Positions 26,721-39,294 of a DNA stretch of 64,000 nt are shown here, one piece after another. The notes below the pieces were generated by a model. It was not told the DNA's origin. It worked only from the letters and a program-made list of their open reading frames with translations, and made no database searches. The translations under genes and the position numbers were made by a program. Positions within the stretch are counted from its first letter, which is position 1. Each line of letters starts with the position of its first letter. Source of the DNA: Basidiobolus meristosporus CBS 931.73 (lineage: Eukaryota > Fungi > Basidiobolomycota); NCBI GenBank assembly GCA_002104905.1, contig MCFE01000296.1, positions 37,603-101,602 of the forward strand. The letters are read 5' to 3'.

Positions 26721-27691
26721 ATGAAACTATACCTACACTCTCTATCCGTCACAGCTCTGGTGTTGATTTCTACGAATATCTCGCCACTAATAGCAGTGAA
26801 TCCCACCGTGCGGTTTTCCGAGTGTGCATCTAGCTATCTTTACAAAGGGGTGCAATACCAGGGATGTACTGAGGCAGACAACCAAGGCAAACCGTGGTGC
26901 TTTTTACAACGAGCGACTGTGCAAGACAACTGGGGATACTGCCAAACGGATACGGTCCCGCTACGAGTTGGCAGCTATAACGGGCAGCAAGTTGATTGCG
27001 ACGTCACCTCTGATGCCGGGAATGGCACATTAGTTTACGGTTGCTTCGCTACATCAGATAAGACATTTTCATGCTTCTCGTCTAAAGTCAATGCCCTGGT
27101 AACATGTACCGGTACCAAATCAGGTAAGTCCTTAACCAATGGACCTAGGCGAAGCTCCTGAAGATTAACACTTTTTCGTTGTTGCACTTAGATCCATCGC
27201 TACCCAAAAAGCCGCTCTCGGCCAATCCTTCCGATTCATCGGTCTCCAGTGAGACGTCGAAAGAAAAAGTTAATAACGGGGGAAACCCAGCCAATGGTAT
27301 TTCCACCGGGGTGATTGGAGGAGTAGTGGCAGTGGTTGTTGTAGGAGTTGCTGGCCTCGCAATGCTTATGTATCGACGAAATCAGAAAAAGAATGCAATG
27401 ATGCGACTTTCCCATAGCCATGGTATGGGTTTAGAACCTAGTATGTTTGAGGATGCCAAAATGCCACCACCCCATTTGCAGAAAACCTACACTGTGGTTA
27501 GCACCTATACTCCAACACTGGGTGACGAGCTAGAGATATACCCAGGGGACAAGGTTACCGTAATAGTGGAGTACGACGATGGCTGGGTGCAGGGGATCAA
27601 CGAGACTCGTGGTCGTGTGAAGGGAGTATTCCCAAAACATTGTGTGGAGGAAGTTTCCAGGTGCACCTCACCAGAACCAACAAATCTTTAA
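26721..27691 (+). CDS. Type I membrane protein: signal peptide, fibronectin type II-like domain, TM, cytoplasmic SH3
   Basis: CASSYLYKGVQYQGCTEADNQGKPWCFL...NWGYC; TM GVIGGVVAVVVVGVAGLAMLMY-RR; SH3 YTPTLGDELEIYPGDKV...DDGWVQG...GVFPKHCV; intron ~27125-27192. Confidence 0.8.
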
Positions 27692-28056
27692 ATCGAAGTG
27701 TAACCTTGCTTCCGCGCACTTATTCCAGGTATATTTGATCAATCGAATCTCTCGTTGAACTCTTGAGACCAACCAACCAACCAACCGACGAGTACATGTG
27801 ATCCTCCCCTTCGCTTCTATCACGGCATGATTTTCTATTCTTCCGGTTTATTCATAGATGGACTCCGAAAACCCTTGCAAGGTTATGCTTTAATATCAAA
27901 TCGACTTCGTCACCTCCATTCGATTCAGATGTACATCAAGAAACCAATTCACAAAAGCTTTCAGAGAATTGTATAATCAGTTTGATTTAATAAAAGAACC
28001 AGTAGATAGTATGGTATGGGAGGCTCTATTCGTGTTGTTTGTGCTTCACGGCGGCA

Positions 28057-29735
28057 TTATAGGTAATCGAAGGATTCGGGGAAGGTGTAAAGGGATTTGA
28101 TCCATTGATCGAAGCTATAGCCGTCGGGTGGTCAATAGATACTCGTAGAATTATAGCAGACATTACATACCTGTCGTTCTGTATGGCCAAGGCGGTCACA
28201 CTACTGTCGATGTGGTCGCTTTTGAACTTGTCAATCTGGTTCTTTGGCAGACTTTAGAGAGATCTCTCACCCAGCAAGCAAATTGCGACTTACCTTGTGT
28301 TGACTGAAGTCTATGGGACTCTTGCCTTGAGTCAGGGCCAATTTGTTATACGCAGAGAATACAGGCTGCGTACAAATAGACTGGTTAATTCGGAAGAGCC
28401 GTGAGGGGAATTTCATGTGGTTCACTAACTCTTTCCAAGACCAAACTAATCCCCGGTGCCTTGGGGATATTGAGCTTGCGTTCTAGAAAGGAATCATCGA
28501 CTAAAGATGACGGAGAGTTGGCCCTGGTCATCAAGATCATGAGGCCTATGAGTTGCACGGGTAAGTGACGGTGAACCAGTATAATCGAAGCGGCACAATT
28601 ACCGATCATTTTTCGAATTTGGTGCAACATGAAGGATTGTCCTTGAATCTGGAAGTTCACCCACTCGAAACCAGCGATGATCCGCGGCTCTGAGCACTAG
28701 ACGGTTGGTGAGAATATAGGCTACATACGCAGCATCAGTGAGCCTACCTCGAACTTTGTTATGTATCGTTTAACGCTGGAATCGGTGAAAGATTTACCAA
28801 TGGTGAAATTATGAAAGCTGTGAGTTCCGGTAAACTTGCTACATAATGTCCTGAGAAAATCCACTTTCTCGGGAGGCACCCTATATTCCCTTTGTAATAT
28901 CCGCTCCTCCTCGGTGGTAGTTGGGATTTCTCTACCGCCATCCTCCCTCAGAGAATACGAAGAATGGTTGAAGGAGGCTTGGGCTAGAATATGTGTAGGT
29001 AAAAGGTAGCTATAAACACGAGAATCGCAGAAATTCTTCGGATTGAAGGACTTGGACACTCGGACGTAATCTAATTATCAAGGCGCGGTTAGCCTCTTCA
29101 CGAGAGGCAAAAAGCAACGTCAAGTCGCAACATACCCCAAACTCGAATGTGGTCCGGCAAGTAGCTATTGATCCGAGGGACAATCTCGTCGCCCACGATC
29201 ATCTTCAAGGAAACCACCTGTCCGACAGCGTGCACGCCTTTATCAGTTCTAGCAGCACGCATCAGGCTCACCTTTGAAATAGAAAAGACGCGTGAGTCCG
29301 ACCACCAGTGGAACTTCCCTCCTCCACCCAAGAAATCTTAGGAAATTACTTTGTTTTGATCCGAGGAGTTCTCTTTAGAAACCGCACCTGCCGCCACTAG
29401 TGCCTTGAAAAGCTCACCTTCGATGGTCTTCGCATTGGGGTTACTATTTGGCCAAGTTAACGAACGATAAGTCTCGAAACAACAAACAGAATGGGGAAAC
29501 GGTCAAATTACTGCTGCATGCCTTGATAGCCAGCCCCACAATAACTCAGCAGCAGGGCTACCTTTCTTTTGGGCAGGCGCTGAGGGGCCTCTACCTCGGC
29601 CGGTTCGTTCGTGTATTCACGTTTGATGCAGTGAGTCGGAAAAGCAAGTCCACCCCGAGTGCAACTTGGTTTCAGCCAAGCAAGTCGGGCGCTCTCGCTG
29701 AATTGGCGGGAGAAGTGTCGGGCGGTAAACAGCAT
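28057..29735 (-). CDS. PUS1: tRNA pseudouridine synthase, TruA family; spliced
   Basis: KRKVALLLSYCGAGYQGMQ, RAARTDKGVHAVGQVVSLK, GTHSFHNFT, QGQSFMLHQIRKMIG. Confidence 0.93.
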
Positions 29736-29887
29736 GGTGGCCTCGCGGGGCTGTCTACGCCACCCAGCTACAAAAGCAAAAAAATTGCCCCCGGACGATT
29801 TAGGCAATGGTCACTTTTTTCCATTCTGGCATGACGGGGTTTATTTCAATCGAGATCGTTCACAGATAAATACCGGTTACATCAAAA

Positions 29888-31344
29888 TTAGAAAGATAAA
29901 TAGACGTGGACAAGAAATGCGGCGCCCAGCAAGTGCACGGCGTGGTAAACACCATCCCGACTACCGGCGCTTGGGATCGCAACCTTGGAGAAGAGCTCGG
30001 TGAGTGGTTTTGGACTGGGATTGATGGAGTATCCTAGGGTTTCAAGAACACTGGTCAACTGAGGCCCTATTGGACCGCCGACATAGTTCCCGCCACGCGC
30101 AATGTCTTCCTCCAGGGATACACCACGATCCTCCATAAAGCGCATCAGGAAATCGGAGGAGCTTGTGAATCCACGAAAATCAAAATGAGAGATAGAACTT
30201 CCAGGGATATACGGGTTGAGGCTGGTTTCTAGTAGGATTGGCTTGTCCAACGATGCATTGCGAGGTACGAAAGCTAGCGTTTGAGGAGTGGTGGCTAGAT
30301 TCAGGATCCTCGAGGCAAGCTTGTATTGTGGCGAGTAATAGAAGGTTCGATTGAACTCCTCCTCGTTGTTGAAGATTGTCCCTGGCCCGCTGGCAAACTG
30401 GTCCAGCAGGTCCACGGTGTCGGTCAGAGACTTCAGTGAGGGATACTCCACCAGAAACTTATCGAACACGTTCTCTACAAAGCCTCCGAACACGTAAAGG
30501 TCGGACGCGTTGGAGACCAGGATGTTCGGGGTAAGTGCCTGGGCAACGTCGTGGATGTAGTCCATCCAGGACGAGGACACCCCCAAGCCATGGATCAATT
30601 CGTGGATAATCACGAACAAGAAATCACTCTGACTTCGGCCAATGGTCCCTTGATCCTATTTCATATAAACCGTCCATTCACTGATTAGCCATGGAGGGGA
30701 AAATCACCTGACTTGACGTCCTAACCTTAAACCAGAAATCCACGTCAGAGTTAAATGAGGCTATGATGTCAGATGGACCAAACTTCGGATGCTTTGAGTA
30801 CCCTTTTTGCTTGAGCAATGCCTGTGGAAAGGCCCTTTTCCTGCCATCATCATCGACCATAACGATGGTTCGGGCGGGCCCGGCGCTCCCTGTCATAAAC
30901 CAGTTAACGTGCCTTGTCGGGAGGAGTGAACCGGATCACGTAAGCAATACCTAATATACGGAAGTTGGTGTCGCACTCTCGGAATTCCTTACAGAAGGAG
31001 ATAAACGAGGCATTGACCACAAGTGGCTCACGAAACACCACGACGTTCGAAATGATCTGGAAGGCGGTATCGAAGGTGGCTTTGACTTTCTCGCACTTCC
31101 CAGGTTCGGCGTTGCATTGGAGCTGCAGTTTCATGGCAGATTCGCCAGGCGACAGGACCCGAGCCCCTCCAAGCTTCCCGGTATCCTCTAGCTCACAGTC
31201 CACACGGATCCGATAGTTCTTTTGCCAAGGTCTTGGGTGGTCGTAACATATTTGCGGAAACTTGTATGCGTGTCGTGGAGCACAGTCTACAATGAGCCCT
31301 GTGAATAAGAAAAGAACAAGTATCGAAAGAAAATGGGAGAGCAT
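29888..31344 (-). CDS. Secreted, possibly GPI-anchored HExxH zincin-like metallopeptidase; spliced
   Basis: Signal peptide MLSHFLSILVLFLFTGLIVDC; FVIIHELIHGLG; SSISHFD; hydrophobic C-terminus. Confidence 0.7.
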
Positions 31345-32273
31345 CGCCGACACCAAAAGAGAAGAAATTGGACCTTGTGAGTGAAGCTGAGCCTTTACTT
31401 GGTATGAATGTGGGGAACAGTACTGGAGTCGTGTGAGTTATTGAGAAGTCAGGTCAACAGTGAAATCTCATCCCGGGCGCTCAATCTTGAGGTTTTACTG
31501 AACTCTCGCTCTTCGGGTATTTCCTGAATATCATTGTGTGTTGAACAATGGAATTTGCGGGTGCAGAACTCGTCACATCCGATATGATTGATCAATCTTA
31601 ACGATTCTACATGACAATGGGCCTCCATGTTCTGAAGAGATAGGAACGAAGTCGATCGTTTGCCGGGATTTTCTGAGCTGCATGGCCTCAAGAGGTTCTA
31701 GTGATAGAGAATGATTAGCCGCGAGTGTCGCGTTTACATAGCAGGCAGCCTGGAATTGCCCGACTGGTCCATGGAGGCTCCCCTTGAGATATTCTGTGCA
31801 ACTGCTAGCAAACTCGGCTTTTTTGTGGTTACTCTTGGTGCAATCCATATATGCCAGTTCAGTACTATATATACCCACCAGTACAACTATCAAAGTAGGT
31901 GCTAAAAATATCCCCTCTACTTCCAAAACAGGAATGATTGAGCATGAATCCAATTAAAAGCTCGGCGTTGTGTGTAACATATGACCAACAATTAACAAGC
32001 ATACTCCCATTCAAATAGCAGTAAAAATTCAGATCCTCGAGAGCTACTTCATCACGGTTCTTGAGTCCTTTTCAATTAATCACTCTTTAAGTACCAATCA
32101 ATCGGCAACTCTTAAATTAACAGGAGGCAGTTCAGTTTCCTCAGGGTATATAAGTGGCCTCCCCTGGTACCTTCTTAAAACGGATTTGTTCTATATTGGG
32201 TCTTGTAACCGAACGCCATTTTTTTATAAACCTCCAGGACGCCAATCCACTCCTGCCTTAACCTTACCTAACC

Positions 32274-33305
32274 ATGTCAAATTATTTTAATGAGCCATTG
32301 CTCGCTTCGGAAGAGGGAACTTCCAAAGCACACAAGTCTGGTGGCTCGCGGCCCTTCAAAGTTCTCGTCCTGATTTTGGTATTGTTCGCTTGTGGTGTGC
32401 TCCTTGTGGGATTCCAACACATAAAGGGTGTGAATACACAGCTGTCTCTTCTTGCAGGTCCGTATTTTAAGTTCTTCTTTCGTTGGTGGGCTTTGTACTG
32501 ACCTTCTAAACCCATAATAGAAACCCCAAGCGAGTATAAATACACTATTGTGACCGCAGCAAGTGCCAATCACTTCTGCCCTCTTCAAAGCTACCTGTAC
32601 ACCCTGCAGGATACACTTCGCTTCTTGCCATTATCGCACCAGCCAAGAATAGTCGTGTATGACTTGGGAATTGGGGACGGCCAGAAAGCAACCCTCCAAC
32701 AGTATCAGAAACAGGGTTATTTCCATGAGCTCGTTCCCTTTGACTACACCGAGTATCCATCGTTCTGGAATGTCCATATTAACCGAGGTGAATATGGTTG
32801 GAAGACTGGCATCGTATATGAAGCGGCGCAGCGATATCCCGGTGTGATACTTTGGATGGATTCTGGTGATCGTGCCTTCCCCCACTTCCTGCTGGACGTA
32901 GTAAACCATGTGAAAAAGTTTGGCATCTTCAGTCCACCCAGTAAAGGAACCATTCCTGACTTTACTCATCCTGGGATGATAGAGTATTTCTCGGATTCCA
33001 TGGAGCCTTATACCAAGTTTGTCAACTGCAATGGCGCCTTTATTGCCTTTGACTCCAAGAACTCAACCGTCATGAAGAATGTTATCCGGCCATGGGCTCA
33101 GTGTGGCCTTATGAAAGACTGTATCGCTCCCGTCGGCTCAAGTAGGGCGAACCACCGACAAGATCAGGCTGCATTCACCTATCTCATGGCAAAGAGCGGA
33201 TTTCAATGTCGTTTTGACGGACTCACAGGGCTGTTAACCCACCTAGACAAGGATTGTAAGATTCAGATTGAAAACCATTTGAAGCGAAAACAGCAAATGT
33301 ACTAA
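32274..33305 (+). CDS. Type II membrane glycosyltransferase-like protein (DUF1647-like)
   Basis: N-terminal TM; IVTAASANHF, IVVYDLG, YGWKTGIV, ILWMDSG, HRQDQAA; one intron ~32459-32519. Family assignment is from motif recall. Confidence 0.55.
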
Positions 33306-33736
33306 GTACCCCACTCGTCCACTCCCCAGTAAATTCCCTGTAAATAGCACTAATTTCTTTGAGGGAGTCCTCTTGCCCTTGAATTCCATCTCGTTTAGAT
33401 ACTTATTCCTTACAAGTTTCACCTCAGCATCCTATGGCTGCTTAATTTACAACTTCAGATATAAATTGGCTTGGAAGAAACTTCGATTGTGCCTTCATTC
33501 GTGAGTTTTAAAAATCATCAGCCTTTATATGTATATGTATGATTGGTGATCTAATCGAAGCAATGCTGATGATATCAACCACGACGTAGCACCCAAAAGA
33601 TCTGGAGTATGGTTGCGCCAACGAAAACATCAATCAATTAGGTAAGCTTATGCAGATGAGGTAACCGCCGTTCTACAATAAAATTGATCACATATATGTT
33701 GAGCTATGTATAGAGAATGATCGAGTGGCCAGGATC

Positions 33737-35404
33737 CTATTTCTCCTCCGATTGTGCGCGCATCGTTTCCATCTCTCCAGCGGAGATGTCTAATATCCCG
33801 GCCATTTCAAGGATCTGGCGGCTCTGGTTTTTGTTGGCTAGATTGACATTTCCACGTCGATTGGCTTCCTTCTCCTCAAATTGCCATTCTCGATTTTGCT
33901 GCCGCTTCGCTTGCTCTCCACCTAGACCAATAACTTCTATCTCGATTATGTCGAATTCGATTTGGAAATCGGGCCGGGAGTGTGACATGGTGTAGGTAAT
34001 ATTATCCAAGAGTGGGTCGTTCAACAACTTTCCTGCTTGGAAGGTGTTGTCAAAGTAAAGCTGGTGCTGTCCGATCTTGCCTCCAAATCCAATTCCTTGT
34101 GATGCGCTACAGTATACGTGCGCATTATTGGAATTGTTCGAAGGGAATACCTCGAATTGTGGAGAAAGCTCAAATAGCTGGCATTCGTTCGTGCCCCAAA
34201 ACTGTTTTGAGAAACGCCATGGCTCATTTACGTATGCACCAAGTATCATCTCACCGCCTTTCGCGATATTGCCTTTGGACGATCCTTGCACCTTCGTTAC
34301 GAATACTTTTACAAGTAACAGGGTCGGGCCTGGATATTTGAACACCCTTGTTTCCAAACGATTCATACTATACCCATGCTCTGACCCATTGTACAGTATG
34401 CTCCAACCAGCACCATGGACCGCTGATGGAGGAAGGAAACTGGTGAGTATACAGACATTTCCAAGGTTCAATATCTCTGATGAGAAGTCGAAGTTAGGTA
34501 GAATCTCTTTATCCCCAAATATGTGGCGTCCAACTCTGGGCCCTTCAGCCTCGCCAAGATAAAATTTGGCATATATGTAGGCCCGCCACACCTTTAAAAT
34601 TCCGGGGATATTGCGCTTCACAAAATGTTCAAATACAGTCGAAGTGATCATTTCATCCGAAGAAAACACACTGAAATTGTTGTTTTCACCCCTTGCTTTG
34701 CGTTGGTAGATTGCGAGCTGTGACAACACCAGGTCAAGTGCTGGCTCGTTTGGTGGAACAGTGACCGGTGAATGAGGTTGGTCTCCAGTGAGATTGTCTT
34801 GTAACAGGTTGGCGAAATAGGTTTTCATAACCCAAAAGGTTCCGGCAAAAACATCATATATATTTCCACAAGAAACCTGAATCTCTTCACCATCTGTGGG
34901 TTCAGCTAAAGACTCAAAGAACACTTTCATTCTCGCGCCACATCTATTATCAGACTTCTGATTTTGCTCACAATAAAATACTGTAGACGTTTTTAAACAT
35001 TCGTATGTTAGACCAAAGACATCCTCTGTTTGCGCGCCGTTTATAATTCTCGGAAGTCTGCAGAAGGGGCCATACAGAATGTGAGGCAAATTCAATTCTT
35101 TTGGTAGGCCAATATATACCTATATTGTTGAAGGAATAAATGGTAAAAAGGATTTGTTGAAAGTTAATACCAGATGCCTTCTGCTGATGCAGTTCCTTAC
35201 CTGGAAAGTTTCTTCCGGTATAATATCTACACCGTTTACGTTCTTCTTCAAGCTACGAAAAACTTCAGTCAAAGTCTCAAGCTCTTTGGGGGTTAAATTG
35301 TCATCAGTGGAGGACGTCGATTGGCTACATTGGCTAGTCGATTGTCTTTCAGAATGTCCTTTCTTTGATCCCTGTTTGCTTTTGGAGGAATGACTATTTC
35401 CCAT
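33737..35404 (-). CDS. N-myristoylated TLDc-domain protein (Rtc5/MEAK7-like)
   Basis: MGNSHS start; TLDc motifs LYNGSEHGYSM, GAYVNEPW, FWGTNECQLFELSP, GIGFGG, IEVIGLGG; C-terminal ILEMAGI. Confidence 0.85.
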
Positions 35405-35703
35405 GCCAGATAGCTCTTGAAGTATAAAGTGGATTGAAGCTCAAGGCTGTAAACAAGAAGCTCCACATATGTAAAGGTATATATATGTATATATGCATAT
35501 ACATTTATGTGCTAAATCACAATTAATTAACCTGATCTATCGAAGAAGGATGATCTCTGATCTTACGTAGGTTAGGAGGTTGATCAGTTTATTAAAGAAA
35601 TTACTCTATGCAAGACACATTACATGGGGTATCGAGAAACAATATTTCGATAGCAGTCAGGATATATACACACTTGATAAATAAGAGCCAGTTAACAGTC
35701 TCA

Positions 35704-38007
35704 TCACTTGAACCATATTGATCCAGAGCCTAACATGTTGTTATCCTCTTCATACTCATACCGATAAGTGAATACCTCATTATTCACGGACTCCCGCTCC
35801 GTTGCTCCTGTCCAGAGAGCACCTTCACCAAAGTAGTCGCTTACGTCTATATCATTGCCAAAACCACTAGGCCCACCATTATTGGAGATGGTGATTGCAT
35901 TGAAGTTTGTTGCAGTGAGCTCAGCCGTGGCTCCCATTAGATTGCCATTGGGCGAAAGTGACGAGATGGCTGGAGAATGAAACGGAAGCATATTGATGTC
36001 AGGCGATACGATGAATGAGGAGAGATTCTGCTCGACTAGGCTGGTTTGAGAACCAGAGTGGTGTGTTGGGTCTAATTGTCGATTGATTTGCTGATCAAAC
36101 GTATTGAATTGAATGTTGGGATTTTCTACAAAAGGATTGGTAGTCAAATCAATTCTGTTTGCGCTTTCGGTAACGGTATCATGTGGTAAAGACAGGTGTG
36201 GGTTTGCTTGGCTGGACATCGATTGAAGGCTTTCCAATTGAAGGTCCATAGTGCTCGGTCCTGGTACACCAGCGACATTCTTCAACTCCGTCATCTGCTC
36301 AGATATACTAAGGGACTGCAGGTCACATGATGTTTCCTGGAGGAAATTAAGGTCATTCTCCTTGATGTCATCAGAGGAAAGTCGACGAAGCCGTTTGTTT
36401 GGAATTGCTTGACCAAGTGAAAATTGGCTTGGTTTGCTAGCGTTCTCAGGATTAAACACATTGGAAGGCAAGCTTGATTTGGAGTCACAGGTGCTATTCG
36501 AGGATGATACCTTGTCGCTTGCCGGATCGGTATAGTTGCTAGGCTGGGTCCCTGAAGTATTACCAGATGCTGAACTACCCTTATTCTCTTTGATCGGGTT
36601 ACGATTTCGCTTTTTGATCACATCCGTTTTTAAACTGAGAGGCCGAACAATGCCATGGAGCTTCAAGAATAAACCACATGCGTTGCATAGAGGTTGTCCA
36701 CCTTGAGGATTGCGCCTCCACAACGGAGTTTTGGTTGTTTTACAATTGGAGCAGCTTGGATTGTCTCCACTGTTCGACTGTGAACCAACATTTCGCTTTG
36801 GCTTACTATTTGTCTTTGAAGCGGAATTGTTGAATCCGTTTGTGGCAATATGTTTCTCTTCCCGCTTTTGACTTGGAATTATATTGCTTGGGGGTTCTGG
36901 AGGATCTTCGGCAATTTGAATGGACGGAAAGGCTCTTACCACCTGAGCAGATGAAGAGCTCGCAGCCACAGCGGGTACGAAAGGGAAGCCTTTCAATGTG
37001 GAATGACCGGACGGATAGGGGTGAGTGTGGAGAGAATTCTTATTATCTGTATCTTCAGCGTTGGTAAATGTCTCCGACTCCATGATATTTATGAAGTCTA
37101 AACCAGACTGGCCGTTGGTATCGGTATAGTATGGCGCTGTGTGGTTGTCTGTCGAGCCCATATTGTGGGTGTTGAAATCCAAATTCTCACCGACTAAGGG
37201 CCCAGCAGTGTGGCCGGCCACCTTTGCCGTTGAAGGCGGGATGCTTCTTGATAAAACAGCAGCAGTGTTTAAGATTCCTATGTCACCAGTACCATCTTTC
37301 ACAAGGTTGAAATTCCAATGGCTGTTTGGAGTTCTGCTGGAAGTAACTATATTGTTACTCTTTACCTCTGGCTTGGTGAAGTTCTGCACACAATGGAGCG
37401 TTAAATTGAATCACTGGTATTACTTCGGTTGAAATTACATTACCAGAACACCTTTGCTTGTCAAGTACGTGTGCTCACGAGTAGCCGGACTAGAGTCTAG
37501 GACAACTTCTGTTGCTTTGGGTACTTCGTCAAAATAAGCTTTCTGTGCAAATAGATTTGGTGAGTGTTCCTCTATTTTGGTGTTCAGTCTTGCATTATCA
37601 CCAACGGAAGCATAAGAATTAAGCTCGTGTATAGAGAGAGAGTCCGTAGATTCTTGCGGGCTAATATACATTTTCGTATCATTGGTAGCTGGACTGGTAG
37701 ATCTAGTTTCTGACACTGCTGCTTTCTGGTTCTTCAAAGTCAAAGCCATCATTCTCCACGAGAGATTTTCTAAACGCTCGCTGTGCTGTAAATTATCTTT
37801 TGCTTTCGAATATAACCGCCATATCTCAGTTGCGAAAGGATATTTCTCGCCTCCTTCTCCAGATTCTTCCTTCTTGGAGACTGAGTCTCTTGGAGGGAAT
37901 AAATTGGAGGAGAGTATTGAGGAATGGACATTTGAAACTGAAGGAGTACAACCTCGGGTTTGAGGAGGGCTCTCCGGTGGAGAATGTAATTCCAAATTCC
38001 TCAACAT
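35704..38007 (-). CDS. areA: Nitrogen-regulatory GATA factor, AreA/Gat1-like
   Basis: Exon 1 has the DUF1752 motif [30 protein letters not shown]; exon 2 has [34 protein letters not shown]; short intron near 37390-37440. Confidence 0.88.
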
Positions 38008-38533
38008 TGAGTAGAAGACGGATTAGGCTGAATTCAATAGGAAAATAAGCTGGTCGTATTTAAGGTGGTAGAGAAGAAAATCAGTCAACTAGAAACGTTG
38101 GAAGACAAACTGGATATGAAATAAATGGAGACAATTTATTTGCCAACTGACACAATCACTATTGTAGATGATACCGAATCAATGGTTTAAATAAAATTGC
38201 GAAATATCAATGATAAAAATTTCCCGAACTCGCTAAATACTACGGTTACCTAATCTTGTTCGTATGGTGGCTTTAGAGCAGTAAGGGCATCTATGCCTCA
38301 CATGTAACGATAATCGCATTAAGCTGTTTGGTTTCAGGAGATATTGCTAAACCCCCAAGTCCATCCCTTGGAAACAAGCCACCAACCTCTCGAATGAAAA
38401 TGATATTCAATTCCGGTTTGAACATTAGTATTTGCTTAAAGCCCTGTAGATAACCAGAATTTTTTGTCGTGGGAATCACGTGTTATCCGAAATATGTTGT
38501 TTGAGTGATGTCGTCCACTATGATTACCTTGTC

Positions 38534-38947
38534 ATGAGCACCTCCAGTAGCTTGCCTCTCGACGCCCTTATACAAGTGAACGTTTTCTCCAATGCAGCCT
38601 TAAAATTACGACAAGAAGGCAAGCACCAGGAGGCGATCCCATTATTTGCCAAAGTCACTTCTATCATAGAAAACATACCAGACCGATCACAGCTATCTTT
38701 GCTGCGCCAAGTACATTCAGATTCATACTGGAACCTTGCTACATCCTACTTGGAGACGGGAAATGTCGCGAAGGCAGAATTTGCCTACACTCGTTGCTTG
38801 GATCTCAGAAAAGGTTCACCAAGCGCCGAGCTGGAAGTACTGGAAAAATTGGTTTGTGTCTACGATCTATTAGACAAAAAAGAGATGGCAACAAATCTAA
38901 CCAAGAGAATGGCGAAAGTGAGGGCTCAACTAGATTCAGAAGCGTGA
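38534..38947 (+). CDS. Small TPR-repeat protein
   Basis: Helical repeats QEGKHQEAIPLFAK / YWNLATSYLETGNVAKAEFAYTRCL / LEKLVCVYDLLDKKEMA. Confidence 0.7.
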   Translation: MSTSSSLPLDALIQVNVFSNAALKLRQEGKHQEAIPLFAKVTSIIENIPDRSQLSLLRQVHSDSYWNLATSYLETGNVAKAEFAYTRCLDLRKGSPSAELEVLEKLVCVYDLLDKKEMATNLTKRMAKVRAQLDSEA

Positions 38948-39294
38948 ATGTTTTTGAACATGCCGGCTCTCAATTTATGTAGAATGGTTACTTTTCAGTT
39001 TGGGTGACTATTTATTCATAGGGTAACCGAAATGATGGCTTAGAATAAAGAACCAACATATATTTGGTGTGAATTTTACACATTCTATGAATACATTGTA
39101 CGTTTTCAATTATTCGTATCCATATATCATGGGATTTTATGGCGAAACAACCATAGAAGCATGCTCAGATCCTGTGTCTATGCTAATACGACTGTGTGTT
39201 ACCAATCCAAGTGACTAGTCTCAATATCTCATTTGATCTGGTCAACCTTCCCTTCACTGTTATGGTAGCCTAGAGAATTTTCCAAACTAGTGGG

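Noticed and set aside
27769-27786. (ACCA)n microsatellite
   Set aside because: Short simple repeat in a 3' region; unremarkable.
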